This document shows positions 9,749-19,041 of a stretch of DNA of 64,000 nt, in pieces. The DNA comes from an uncultured Bacilli bacterium (GTDB taxonomy: Bacteria > Bacillota_I > Bacilli_A > ML615J-28 > CAG-313), in NCBI GenBank assembly GCA_944326155.1, contig CALVCV010000001.1:12409-76408 (forward strand), written 5' to 3'. A program made the position numbers and the translations under genes. The notes below the pieces were generated by a model that saw nothing but the letters and a program-made list of their open reading frames with translations, was not told the DNA's origin and did not search any database. Every line of letters begins with the position of its first letter. Position 1 is the first letter of the stretch.

Positions 9749-10730
9749 TGGTATTGCAACTATTATTTTTCTTATAATAGGTAGTGTTTATGGAATTACC
9801 TTATTCAAAGTAATGATACCCCTTTTAACAAAATTTAAATTGGGTCAATCTATTCGTAGTGAAGGTCCTAAAAGTCATTATACTAAAAGTGGAACACCTA
9901 CAATGGGGGGACTCGGTATAATTTTTGTAACAATTTTTTTGTATACTACACTTATTCTCTTTAATTATCATCATTTAGACCTCAATATTCATCAAATCTT
10001 ATTACTACTAATTCCTCTTATAAGCTTTGCCGCAATTGGTTTTATAGATGATTATTTGATTATAGTTAAAAAAAATAATATTGGTTTAAAACCATCTTAT
10101 AAATTTATCATTCAACTTTTAGTTAGTGCAATTGCGTATTATTTGACAATTCAAATAAGAAATACAAGTTCAATTAATTTTTTTGGTGAGACGCTTGATT
10201 TAAAATTTTTCTATGGCATTTTTATTATAATCGCTTTTACCGGATTTTCGAATGCTACAAATTTAACTGACGGCATTGATGGGTTACTTGGTGGAAGTAG
10301 TGCCATTATTATAATAGGTATTATATTACTTGCTAATCTAAAAGGAAATGATGAAGTCGTTATGTTTGGTATTAGTTTGTTAGTGGGAATTATCGCTTTT
10401 TTAGCTTTTAATCTGCCAAAAGCTCAAATCTTTATGGGAGATACGGGATCTTTAGCAATTGGAGCATCATTATTTTCAATGTTATTATGCTTAGATATGG
10501 ATATTTTGATTTTTATTTTTGGTTTGGTTTATGTTTTAGAAACTTTGTCTGTAATGCTACAAGTATGGTTTTTTAAAAGGACGAAAGGAGATAGACTTTT
10601 TAAAATGACGCCAATTCATCATCATTTAGAATTATGTGGATTAAAAGATTTTCAAATCGATGTTATTTTTTGGATTGTTACAGCTTTATTTACAATCTGG
10701 GCATGTATAATTGGGGTGACAGTATTTTGA
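9741..10730 (+). CDS. mraY: Phospho-N-acetylmuramoyl-pentapeptide transferase
   Basis: Polytopic membrane protein with conserved MGDTGSLAIGA and PIHHH motifs. 8-nt overlap with murE. Confidence 0.9.
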   Translation: MASGIATIIFLIIGSVYGITLFKVMIPLLTKFKLGQSIRSEGPKSHYTKSGTPTMGGLGIIFVTIFLYTTLILFNYHHLDLNIHQILLLLIPLISFAAIGFIDDYLIIVKKNNIGLKPSYKFIIQLLVSAIAYYLTIQIRNTSSINFFGETLDLKFFYGIFIIIAFTGFSNATNLTDGIDGLLGGSSAIIIIGIILLANLKGNDEVVMFGISLLVGIIAFLAFNLPKAQIFMGDTGSLAIGASLFSMLLCLDMDILIFIFGLVYVLETLSVMLQVWFFKRTKGDRLFKMTPIHHHLELCGLKDFQIDVIFWIVTALFTIWACIIGVTVF

Positions 10731-12016
10731 CAATACGATATTTACTTTATGGCTACGGGATAACTAATAAAGCAATAAGAAAATTTTTTGATACTAACCA
10801 TATTGATTATCTTATATATGTGGATAAAAAAGAAGATAAAGCGCCACCTAATGCTTTATTTCACCACTTTGATTGTGTAGTTAAATGTCCTGGTATTCAT
10901 TTTGATACGCCATTTTTAAAAAAATGTGAAGAATTACACATCTTAGTTATTAGTGATTTAGAATTACTTTATAATTTTTATCCTAAAAATGATTATGTAC
11001 TAGTGACTGGTAGCAATGGTAAAACTACGACAAGTTATTTAATATATGAGATGTTAAAAAAAAATAGCTTTTTTAAGGATGGTCTAGGAGGTAATATTGG
11101 TAAAGCGCTATTTTCACTATGTGATAGAAATCGTCACTCAAGAGGTATTGTGATAGAGGCATCAAGTTTCATGTTACATCATACTTATACCTTTAAGCCT
11201 AAAGTCTATGTTCTAACGAACTTAGTTTCTCATCATCTTGATTATCACCATGATACTGAAAGTTATTTTTATGATAAAACAAAACTCATTGCCAATCTGC
11301 AAGCTAGTGATTATTTGATTTACAATTTAGATGATGAAAATATCACAACACTAATAACCAAATATCACAAGCCAATTTGCTTTAACTATTCTTTAAATAA
11401 TCAAAAAGCTACATGTAGTATTCGCAATCAGATGATATACTATTTAGACAAACCTTTTTTAAAACTAGATGCGTTACAACAAACTACGCCAACTATTTTA
11501 TATGACATGATGGCTGCAATTTTGGTTGCAAAAATATATCATATTCCAACTGAAGATATTTTAACAACTTTAAAAATGTTTTGTGGGCTACCTTTTCGTT
11601 TTCAAGTCATTTTTAATAATCAAAAACTCGTTATTATTAATGATTCAAAAGCAACATCACCTAAAGCAACTTATTATGCCTTAAAAAATATCAATACTGA
11701 GTTTCAAGATTATTACAAGACAGTTATTTTAGGTGGTAGAATGGTAGATGAAAACTATGAAGAAATAAACGCTGAACTAAATCTTATAGATGAGGTATAT
11801 TTATTTGGTGAATCGCGTTTTGATTTACAAAAGCGTATTTTACATCGTAAAATATTTTATTATCAGTATTTAGAGGAAGTCATTGAATATTTAAAATTGA
11901 GAGAAAAGCATATAATTTTATTTTCACCGAGTTGTGTAAGTTATGATCAATTTACTTCATATATCAAAAGAGGGGAAAAATTTAATCATTTAATTAATCA
12001 AAAAATAAATTATTAA
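10703..12016 (+). CDS. murD: UDP-N-acetylmuramoylalanine--D-glutamate ligase
   Basis: P-loop VTGSNGKTTT; dcw order after mraY. Start is uncertain: ATG 10703, or TTG 10727 with a GGGGTGA RBS. The ORF-track ATG 10634 would overlap mraY by 97 nt. Confidence 0.8.
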   Translation: MYNWGDSILTIRYLLYGYGITNKAIRKFFDTNHIDYLIYVDKKEDKAPPNALFHHFDCVVKCPGIHFDTPFLKKCEELHILVISDLELLYNFYPKNDYVLVTGSNGKTTTSYLIYEMLKKNSFFKDGLGGNIGKALFSLCDRNRHSRGIVIEASSFMLHHTYTFKPKVYVLTNLVSHHLDYHHDTESYFYDKTKLIANLQASDYLIYNLDDENITTLITKYHKPICFNYSLNNQKATCSIRNQMIYYLDKPFLKLDALQQTTPTILYDMMAAILVAKIYHIPTEDILTTLKMFCGLPFRFQVIFNNQKLVIINDSKATSPKATYYALKNINTEFQDYYKTVILGGRMVDENYEEINAELNLIDEVYLFGESRFDLQKRILHRKIFYYQYLEEVIEYLKLREKHIILFSPSCVSYDQFTSYIKRGEKFNHLINQKINY

Positions 12017-12020
12017 AAAA

Positions 12021-12048
12021 AAACTATACAAAAATGTATAGTTTTTTA
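12021..12048 (+). terminator. Rho-independent terminator after murD
   Basis: Stem aaactataca / tgtatagttt, loop aaaa, then T6. Confidence 0.6.
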
Positions 12049-12139
12049 TAAATTATTGCAAAATACTATAAAAATAATTACATTTTATTATATAATAAAT
12101 ATAAACATTAAAAAATAAATAAAAAATGAGAGTATTGAT

Positions 12140-13372
12140 ATGATGAATTTTGATGAAATTAAAAAAATAGCACAAAATTGTTTAAATTGTAATCAACCTT
12201 TATGTGTTGAACATTGTCCTCTACATAACCCGATTCCTGAAGTGTTATCATTGATTAAAGAGGATCAAATACAACAGGCAGCTGATTTGTTATTTAATAA
12301 CACAAATGCAAGTCCTATTTGTTCAAACTTATGCGATTTTAATCGCCAATGTTATGGTAATTGTGTATTAAATCATAAACAAAAAGCTATTAAATTTTAT
12401 GAGGTAGAGAAATATCTATCACAGTATTACAAAATGTTTGGTAAAAAAATGGATTTAAGAACAGAAAAAGTTGCGGTGATAGGTGCAGGAATTAGCGGTC
12501 TATCCGTTGCAATTGATCTTGCCATAAAAGGCTACAATGTTACTATTTTTGAAAAAAATTCACAAATAGGTGGCGTTTTAACTGATACCATTCCTCCTTT
12601 TCGTTTTGATGAAGAAATAATTGAAGTTTATCAAAAGTTACTAGGAAAATTAGAAATTGTTGTTCACTATCAACAGGAATTTGGTCAAAATTTACTTTTA
12701 GATGATTTGTCAATATTTAAATATGTAATTATGGCTATGGGTACGCAAAGTTCTAAAAAAACTTTAGAGAATAGCCCATATCATCTAGATTGTTTAGAAA
12801 TTTTAAGAAGAGGTAAAAAACATCAGTTACAATTATCTAATAAAACTATTTTAGTTATTGGTGGTGGAAATGTAGCAATGGATGTAGCAAGAACTTTAAA
12901 ACGCGCAGGCAATATCATCCATATTGTATATCGTCGTGATATTTTGAATGCCCCTGCAAACCAAAACGAAATTAAAGATGCCTTAAAAGAAGGTATTATT
13001 TTTGATGAATGCCTTGCGCCAATCAGATGTATCTATGAAGATGATGTATTAAAAGCATTAGAAGTTGAAAAGATGATGTTAGTTGATGATCCCAGTAGTA
13101 AACGTAAAACTTTTCAAAAAACAGGTGAATTTTTAACCATTTCGTGCGAATATATTGTTGAAGCAATTGGTTTAAATGCACAATATGATTACTTAAAATC
13201 CAAGTTACCAACTTTTTTTAATGAAAAGGGTTGGATTATTGATGAAGGATATGTAAAATATCATAATCAATATATTTTAGCAACAGGCGATTTTTTTAGT
13301 GGGGCATCAAACTTTGCCAAAGCAGCAGCAGAGGCTAAAAAAACTATTCAAAAAATGGAGAAATTAAAATGA
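12140..13372 (+). CDS. GltD-family NAD(P)H-dependent FAD/Fe-S oxidoreductase (glutamate synthase small-subunit-like)
   Basis: N-terminal Cys cluster CLNCNQPLCVEHCP; dinucleotide fold VAVIGAGISGLSVAIDLA and a second GGGNVAMD. No adjacent large GltB subunit. ATGA overlap with the downstream gene. Confidence 0.7.
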   Translation: MMNFDEIKKIAQNCLNCNQPLCVEHCPLHNPIPEVLSLIKEDQIQQAADLLFNNTNASPICSNLCDFNRQCYGNCVLNHKQKAIKFYEVEKYLSQYYKMFGKKMDLRTEKVAVIGAGISGLSVAIDLAIKGYNVTIFEKNSQIGGVLTDTIPPFRFDEEIIEVYQKLLGKLEIVVHYQQEFGQNLLLDDLSIFKYVIMAMGTQSSKKTLENSPYHLDCLEILRRGKKHQLQLSNKTILVIGGGNVAMDVARTLKRAGNIIHIVYRRDILNAPANQNEIKDALKEGIIFDECLAPIRCIYEDDVLKALEVEKMMLVDDPSSKRKTFQKTGEFLTISCEYIVEAIGLNAQYDYLKSKLPTFFNEKGWIIDEGYVKYHNQYILATGDFFSGASNFAKAAAEAKKTIQKMEKLK

Positions 13373-15768
13373 AAGTAGTATTTGGCGGTAGTTTTAATCC
13401 ACCAACAATAGCCCATGAAAAAATAATTGAAACTTTAGCACAACGTTTTGATGAGGTAATCATCGTACCTAATGGTGAAAAATATCGGAGAAAAGAATTA
13501 TTTTCTAATAACGATCGCATTAATATGTTACAAATTATTGCTAATCAATATTCAAATGTTACCATTTCCACGATTGAGTTAACGCGTGAATTTGAAGGTA
13601 CTTACAAGACCTTACGAGAATTACATCATCCGGTATTTGCTTGCGGAGACGACTGCTTATATGATTTTAAAACTTGGTTGCATGCTAGTGAATTACTAGC
13701 TGAAAACAAATTTCTAGTTTTTACAAGAAACAATCATATTGAACAAATCAAGAAGAAAATTGCAGAGGATGCTTTTTTGGCTGCTTATCAAGATAAAATA
13801 GAATTAGTACATATTGATTATCCAGATATTTCTTCTAAACAATATCGTAATACGCTTGATGATAAATACATATCAAAAAAAATTTTAACTTATATTGAAA
13901 AAAATAACTTATACAAGGAGAAAAATATGTTTGCCCATAATTATTTAAAAGTTGCCTTAGCAACTCCTAAAGTATATCTAGGCGATCCTGAAAAAAATGC
14001 CAAAGAAATTTTAAAAATTGCAAATGACAATCCAAGTGCAGCTATTATTGCTTTTCCTGAATTATCTTTAACGGGTTATTCACTTGGTGACTGGTTATTT
14101 AATGCGGAACTTCTAAAACAAGCAAAAGATGCGTTATATTTAGTAAAAGAACACACAGGTCAACAAATTATAATTATTGGTTTACCTTTTGAATACTGCG
14201 GAGCCATTTATAATGTTGCAGCAGTGCTCCAGAATAAGAAAATTTTAGGAATTATTCCCAAAGTAAACTTACCACGTACAGGTGAATTTTATGAAACACG
14301 TTTTTTTACAAGTGGTAAAAAAATTGTCCAAAATCCTGTTCAATTAGATTTATTTCATGAAATAGTTGATTTTGGCAGTTTACTTTTTAAAAATGAAGAA
14401 CACAATGTTTGTTTCGGTGTTGAAATATGTGGTGATATGTGGGGACAAATTAATCCTCATCAAGTTTTATTTCAAAGAGGAGCAGATATTATTTTTAATA
14501 TTAGTGCATCGACTTATAATTTTGAAAAAAAAGATGTTAAAAAAGCGTTAATAAAAAATGCTAGCAGTAAATTTGAAGGTGCATATTTATACGTTTCAAA
14601 TGGTCCAAGTGATTCAAGTAGTGATGTTACATATGCAGGTGATCAAATCGTCGCAATCTGTGGGGATTTTGTTTTAGAAAAACGAACTTTATCACTTGAT
14701 ACAGTTGTAAATTTAGTAGATATTGATATGGAAAAGATTCGTTTTATGCGTTATTCAGACGGATATTGCCGCGATAGTTTAGAAGTAGAAAATAATTTTA
14801 TTCGTTTTACACTTAATCAAACAAAGAATTATACACTTGAAACTCTTCCTAATTTACTACCTTTTGTCCCAAATTCTGCTGATGAAATGAATGAAATCAT
14901 CGATGTTACTGCAACGTCGTTAATGCACCGTTTGGATTATATTCATACTTCTAAAGTGATTATAGGAATCAGTGGTGGTCTTGATTCCACTCTTGCTTTA
15001 CTATTTGCTTATTACACATACTTAAAATATGGATTAAATATCAAAAATATTATTGCGGTAACAATGCCTGGACTTGGAACCGGTAGTAAATCAAAAAATA
15101 TTGCTATTCATTTAATGCAAAAATTAGATGTAACAATGATGGAAGTTTCAATCAAAAAAGCTGCTCAAAATCATTTAAAGATGTTAGAGCATGATTTACA
15201 AAACAAAGATGTTACTTATGAAAATGTTCAAGCTAGAATTAGAACGATGTACTTAATGAATTTAGCAAACAAAGAAAAAGGAATTGTTCTTGGTACAGGT
15301 GATATGAGTGAAATTGCCCTTGGTTGGTCTACATTTAATGGTGATCATATGTCAATGTATAGCCTAAATTCGGGTCTACCTAAAACTACGATAAAAGCAT
15401 TAGTGAAACATTTTGCCACTCTTTATCCGCAAATTAAAAATGAATTAAACAAAGTATATAATGCAATTATTAGTCCTGAATTAACCGGTTTTGATCAAGC
15501 AACTGAAGAAAAAATAGGTAAATATCAAATTAATGATTTTATTTTATATCATCTTTTTATAAATGGCGCATCAAAGGATCGATTAATTTTTTTGCTCAAC
15601 GTTTGTTTTAATTTAAATCTTGAAGAATGTCAAAAATATTATGATAATTTTCTTTCACGTTTTAATCACAATCAATATAAACGTCTAACTGGTGCAGAAG
15701 GTATCAAGATATTTAAATTAACTTTAAGTCCAAGAGGGGACTTTAGATATCCTGGTGATATGGAGTAG
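13369..15768 (+). CDS. Fusion protein: nicotinate-nucleotide adenylyltransferase (NadD-like) + glutamine-dependent NAD+ synthetase (CN-hydrolase domain + NadE PP-loop domain)
   Basis: aa 1-185 NadD-like (GGSFNPPTIAHEKI cytidylyltransferase motif). From aa 187 (internal ATG 13927 with AAGGAG RBS), a CN-hydrolase with the E/K/C triad (FPELSL, IPKVN, EICGD). C-terminal NAD synthetase PP-loop GISGGLDSTLAL. Confidence 0.8.
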   Translation: MKVVFGGSFNPPTIAHEKIIETLAQRFDEVIIVPNGEKYRRKELFSNNDRINMLQIIANQYSNVTISTIELTREFEGTYKTLRELHHPVFACGDDCLYDFKTWLHASELLAENKFLVFTRNNHIEQIKKKIAEDAFLAAYQDKIELVHIDYPDISSKQYRNTLDDKYISKKILTYIEKNNLYKEKNMFAHNYLKVALATPKVYLGDPEKNAKEILKIANDNPSAAIIAFPELSLTGYSLGDWLFNAELLKQAKDALYLVKEHTGQQIIIIGLPFEYCGAIYNVAAVLQNKKILGIIPKVNLPRTGEFYETRFFTSGKKIVQNPVQLDLFHEIVDFGSLLFKNEEHNVCFGVEICGDMWGQINPHQVLFQRGADIIFNISASTYNFEKKDVKKALIKNASSKFEGAYLYVSNGPSDSSSDVTYAGDQIVAICGDFVLEKRTLSLDTVVNLVDIDMEKIRFMRYSDGYCRDSLEVENNFIRFTLNQTKNYTLETLPNLLPFVPNSADEMNEIIDVTATSLMHRLDYIHTSKVIIGISGGLDSTLALLFAYYTYLKYGLNIKNIIAVTMPGLGTGSKSKNIAIHLMQKLDVTMMEVSIKKAAQNHLKMLEHDLQNKDVTYENVQARIRTMYLMNLANKEKGIVLGTGDMSEIALGWSTFNGDHMSMYSLNSGLPKTTIKALVKHFATLYPQIKNELNKVYNAIISPELTGFDQATEEKIGKYQINDFILYHLFINGASKDRLIFLLNVCFNLNLEECQKYYDNFLSRFNHNQYKRLTGAEGIKIFKLTLSPRGDFRYPGDME

Positions 15769-16103
15769 TCACTTAAAACTAACAATAGATGTAGTGCAAA
15801 CTTATTTAAGAGGGTATCTTTAAAAGTGAGTAGGTCATACCGATTAATTATATAACGAGAGTTGATAAAAGAAAGTAAAATAAGGGTTGGTAGAAAGTTG
15901 AAGTATAGGTTTCAAAGATATACTGGAAAATATCAAAAATTTAGTCAATGAAAAGGTCTATTTATTTGAATAATTATATGTGTAGCAATCAAAGGTATAC
16001 AATGTATTTTGATAAAGAAATTCATATTGATAAAATTTATAAAAGACATGGTGATTATATTGCATGATTCAAAATAAATAAAGTAGATTTATATACTAAA
16101 ATT

Positions 16104-16132
16104 TTGACTAAAGTTTAATTTAATGGTATAAT
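16104..16132 (+). promoter_or_regulatory. sigma-A type promoter for the valS T-box leader
   Basis: TTGACT (16104-16109), 17-nt spacer, TATAAT (16127-16132). Confidence 0.6.
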
Positions 16133-16139
16133 AAGATGA

Positions 16140-16390
16140 TTTGATTTATTTAATAAAATCTTTGATGAGGAAGAGTAAAAAACAAGTATTTTTAGAGATA
16201 AGTTGTTTGGTGAAAAACTTAATTATTTGTTTTTGAAGGTAGCCTTTGAGATGCTTAAGTGAGAAAGTTTCATTAACTTAAGCCGTAACTTTGCGTTAAA
16301 ATGATGAGAGAATAAAAATTATTTATTAACAAAGGTGGTACCGCGGATTACGTTTCGTCCTTTAAAAAAGGATGAAACTTTTTTTATTTG
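16140..16390 (+). promoter_or_regulatory. T-box riboswitch leader (tRNA-sensing antitermination) upstream of valS
   Basis: Conserved T-box sequence AAAGGTGGTACCGCGG at 16331-16346. Immediately followed by a terminator hairpin GUUUCGUCCUUU/AAAGGAUGAAAC (16352-16378, one G.U) and U-run. Upstream GA/K-turn-like tgatgag and AGAGA box (16193). Candidate Val specifier GUA at 16239-16241. Confidence 0.75.
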
Positions 16391-16409
16391 AAAATAATAA
16401 GGAGGAATT

Positions 16410-19040
16410 ATGTTTAAACTAAAGACAAAAGACATGGCACCGAAATATGTATTTAAAGATGTAGAGGAAGGAAAGTATAATTATTGGGTTAAGAATGGCT
16501 TTTTTACAAGTGGCGATCAAAGTAAAATACCATACACGATTGTTATTCCCCCACCAAATGTAACTGGTAAATTGCATATTGGGCACGCATGGGACACAAC
16601 GCTTCAAGATATTATCATTCGTCGTAAAAGAATGCAAGGTTATGATGCTTTATGGATTCCTGGTATGGACCATGCAGGAATTGCTACACAAGCTAAAGTC
16701 GACGCAAAATTGAAAACACAAGGCGTTAGTCGATATGATTTAGGGAGAGAAAAATTTTTAGAAGTCGTTTGGGATTGGAAGCATGAATATGCTGAATTTA
16801 TTAGAAAACAATGGGCTGTACTTGGATTATCACTTGATTATACAAAAGAACGATTTACTTTGGATGAAGGTTTACAAGAAGCTGTTAAAACGGTCTTTGT
16901 TCGTTTATATAATGAAGGATTAATTTATCGTGGCGAACGTATTATTAACTGGGATGTTGAAGCTAAAACGGCGCTTTCTAATATTGAGGTCGAATATAAG
17001 GAAATAGAGGGTGCTTTCTATCATATTCTATATCCTTTTGTAGATGAAGATGGTGGCTTGGAAATTGCAACTACAAGACCTGAAACGATGTTTGGTGATG
17101 TTGCGTTGATGGTCAATCCTAATGATGAACGTTACCAAAAATATATTGGTAAAAATGTCTATATTCCAGGTACCAATCGTATTATTCCTATTATTAGTGA
17201 TGAATATGTTGATATGGAATTTGGCACAGGTGTAGTTAAGGTAACGCCTGCCCATGATCCAAATGACTTTGAAGTAGGAACACGTCATCATTTAGATTGT
17301 ATTATTTGTATGAATGAAGATGGTACAATGAACGAATATGCAGGCAAATATCAAGGTATGGATCGTTTCAAATGTCGCGATGAAGTTGTAAATTATTTGC
17401 AACAACATGGTCTATGCACCAAAATTGAAAAATTGGTTCATTCTGTTGGTCACTCAGAAAGAACAGGTGTTATAGTTGAACCAAGACTTTCAAAGCAATG
17501 GTTTGTAAAAATGGAACCACTTGCTAAAGATGTACTTGATATGCAAGCAAGTTGCGATGCTATTGAATTTATCCCACCTCGCTTTAGTAAAACCCTTGAA
17601 ATATGGCTAGATTTAAATAATATTCAAGATTGGTGCATTTCTCGACAACTTTGGTGGGGACATCGCATTCCTGCTTGGTATAAGGGAGAACAGGTTTATG
17701 TTGGTATGTCAGAACCCATTGGCGATGGTTGGGTTCAAGATGAAGATGTTTTGGATACTTGGTTTTCGAGTGCTCTTTGGCCTTTTTCAACCCTTGGCTG
17801 GCCAAAAAAGACAAGTGATTTACAAAGATACTTTCCACTTGATTGTCTAGTTACTGGTTATGATATTATTTTTTTCTGGGTTGCTAGAATGGCTATTGAC
17901 GCAAAGCATTTTATGAAACAAAGACCATTTAAGAAATGTTTAATACATGGCTTGATTCGTGATGATCAAGGTCGTAAGATGAGTAAATCTTTAGGTAATG
18001 TCGTTGATCCATTTGATATTGTTGATCAATATGGTTGTGATGCTTTGCGTTATTTCTTAACAACCAATTCAACTCCAGGTCAAGATTTACGATTTTCTGA
18101 TGAAAAAATGGCCTCATCTTGGAACTATATTAACAAAATTTGGAATATTTCTCGTTTTGTCAAGATGAATTTAATCAACAATAATTATCAAGGTGAACAA
18201 ATTGATTTTCTAAACTTAACAGCTTTGGATAGTTGGATTTTAAGTAAAATGAATGCATTAATTACTTATGTAGATAGTAAATATGAGAGTTTTGAATTTG
18301 GTGAAGTTGCAAGAGCCATTTATAATTTTACATGGGACGACTTTGCTTCATGGTATTTAGAAATGACCAAAGTTGATTTTATAAAAACAGAACAAGAACG
18401 TAAGATAAATACTTGTGCAGTGTTAACTAAAGTTTTAATTACAATTGTTAAGCTACTTCATCCGTTTATGCCATTTGTGACTGAAGAAATTTTTCAAAAT
18501 TTCTATGACTCATCAATTACTATAAGTGAGTGGCCAAAAGTGGTAGATTGTTCTTTTAATCAAACAATTATCAATGAAACAAGTAAATTATTTGAAATTA
18601 TTACTACTGTTCGTAATATTCGTAGTGAAATGAATGTTCCAATGAGTAAAACTATTAATATCTCACTTGAAACAAATGATGACGCTTTAAAGAAATTTTT
18701 ACTTGCTCATCAAGAATATTTAAAAAAATTTACGAATTTTGATCAATTAGTAATTGCGAAAACTATAGATAAGACTGATGCGATTGTTAAAGTAATCGAA
18801 AATATTAATGTTGTTATTTTGTTAAAAGAATTGATTGATATTGATGAAGAAATTGCAAAACTAAAATTAAAATACGAAAAATTAGAAAAAGAAGTGGCAA
18901 GATCTGAGAATATGTTAAATAACCAAAACTTTATTTTAAAAGCACCTACTTCTAAAATTACGGAGGAAAAAAATAAATTAGCTAGTTATCAAGAGCAATT
19001 AAAAGAAGTTAAAGAACTTCTTTTAGAGTTGGAAAAATAA
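16410..19040 (+). CDS. valS: Valyl-tRNA synthetase
   Basis: HIGH motif PPPNVTGKLHIGHAW and KMSKS motif. 876 aa with C-terminal coiled-coil. Confidence 0.95.
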   Translation: MFKLKTKDMAPKYVFKDVEEGKYNYWVKNGFFTSGDQSKIPYTIVIPPPNVTGKLHIGHAWDTTLQDIIIRRKRMQGYDALWIPGMDHAGIATQAKVDAKLKTQGVSRYDLGREKFLEVVWDWKHEYAEFIRKQWAVLGLSLDYTKERFTLDEGLQEAVKTVFVRLYNEGLIYRGERIINWDVEAKTALSNIEVEYKEIEGAFYHILYPFVDEDGGLEIATTRPETMFGDVALMVNPNDERYQKYIGKNVYIPGTNRIIPIISDEYVDMEFGTGVVKVTPAHDPNDFEVGTRHHLDCIICMNEDGTMNEYAGKYQGMDRFKCRDEVVNYLQQHGLCTKIEKLVHSVGHSERTGVIVEPRLSKQWFVKMEPLAKDVLDMQASCDAIEFIPPRFSKTLEIWLDLNNIQDWCISRQLWWGHRIPAWYKGEQVYVGMSEPIGDGWVQDEDVLDTWFSSALWPFSTLGWPKKTSDLQRYFPLDCLVTGYDIIFFWVARMAIDAKHFMKQRPFKKCLIHGLIRDDQGRKMSKSLGNVVDPFDIVDQYGCDALRYFLTTNSTPGQDLRFSDEKMASSWNYINKIWNISRFVKMNLINNNYQGEQIDFLNLTALDSWILSKMNALITYVDSKYESFEFGEVARAIYNFTWDDFASWYLEMTKVDFIKTEQERKINTCAVLTKVLITIVKLLHPFMPFVTEEIFQNFYDSSITISEWPKVVDCSFNQTIINETSKLFEIITTVRNIRSEMNVPMSKTINISLETNDDALKKFLLAHQEYLKKFTNFDQLVIAKTIDKTDAIVKVIENINVVILLKELIDIDEEIAKLKLKYEKLEKEVARSENMLNNQNFILKAPTSKITEEKNKLASYQEQLKEVKELLLELEK

Positions 19041-19041
19041 T

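Noticed and set aside
10634-10730. ATG at 10634 as the murD start (ORF-track start)
   Set aside because: It would give a 97-nt overlap with mraY and an atypical N-terminal extension. A downstream start (ATG 10703, or TTG 10727 with GGGGTGA RBS) fits dcw-cluster conventions better.
14366-14551. Same-strand alternative-frame small ORFs (14366-14551 in nadE; 22572-22757 and 22773-22964 in the LRR gene; 26467-26745 opposite the XRE gene; 36502-36714 and 37789-38004 in mutL; 53268-53588, 54017-54226, 57076-57291, 59769-60011, 61559-61810, 63525-63764)
   Set aside because: All are internal to longer, motif-supported CDS in another frame. No independent translation signals.
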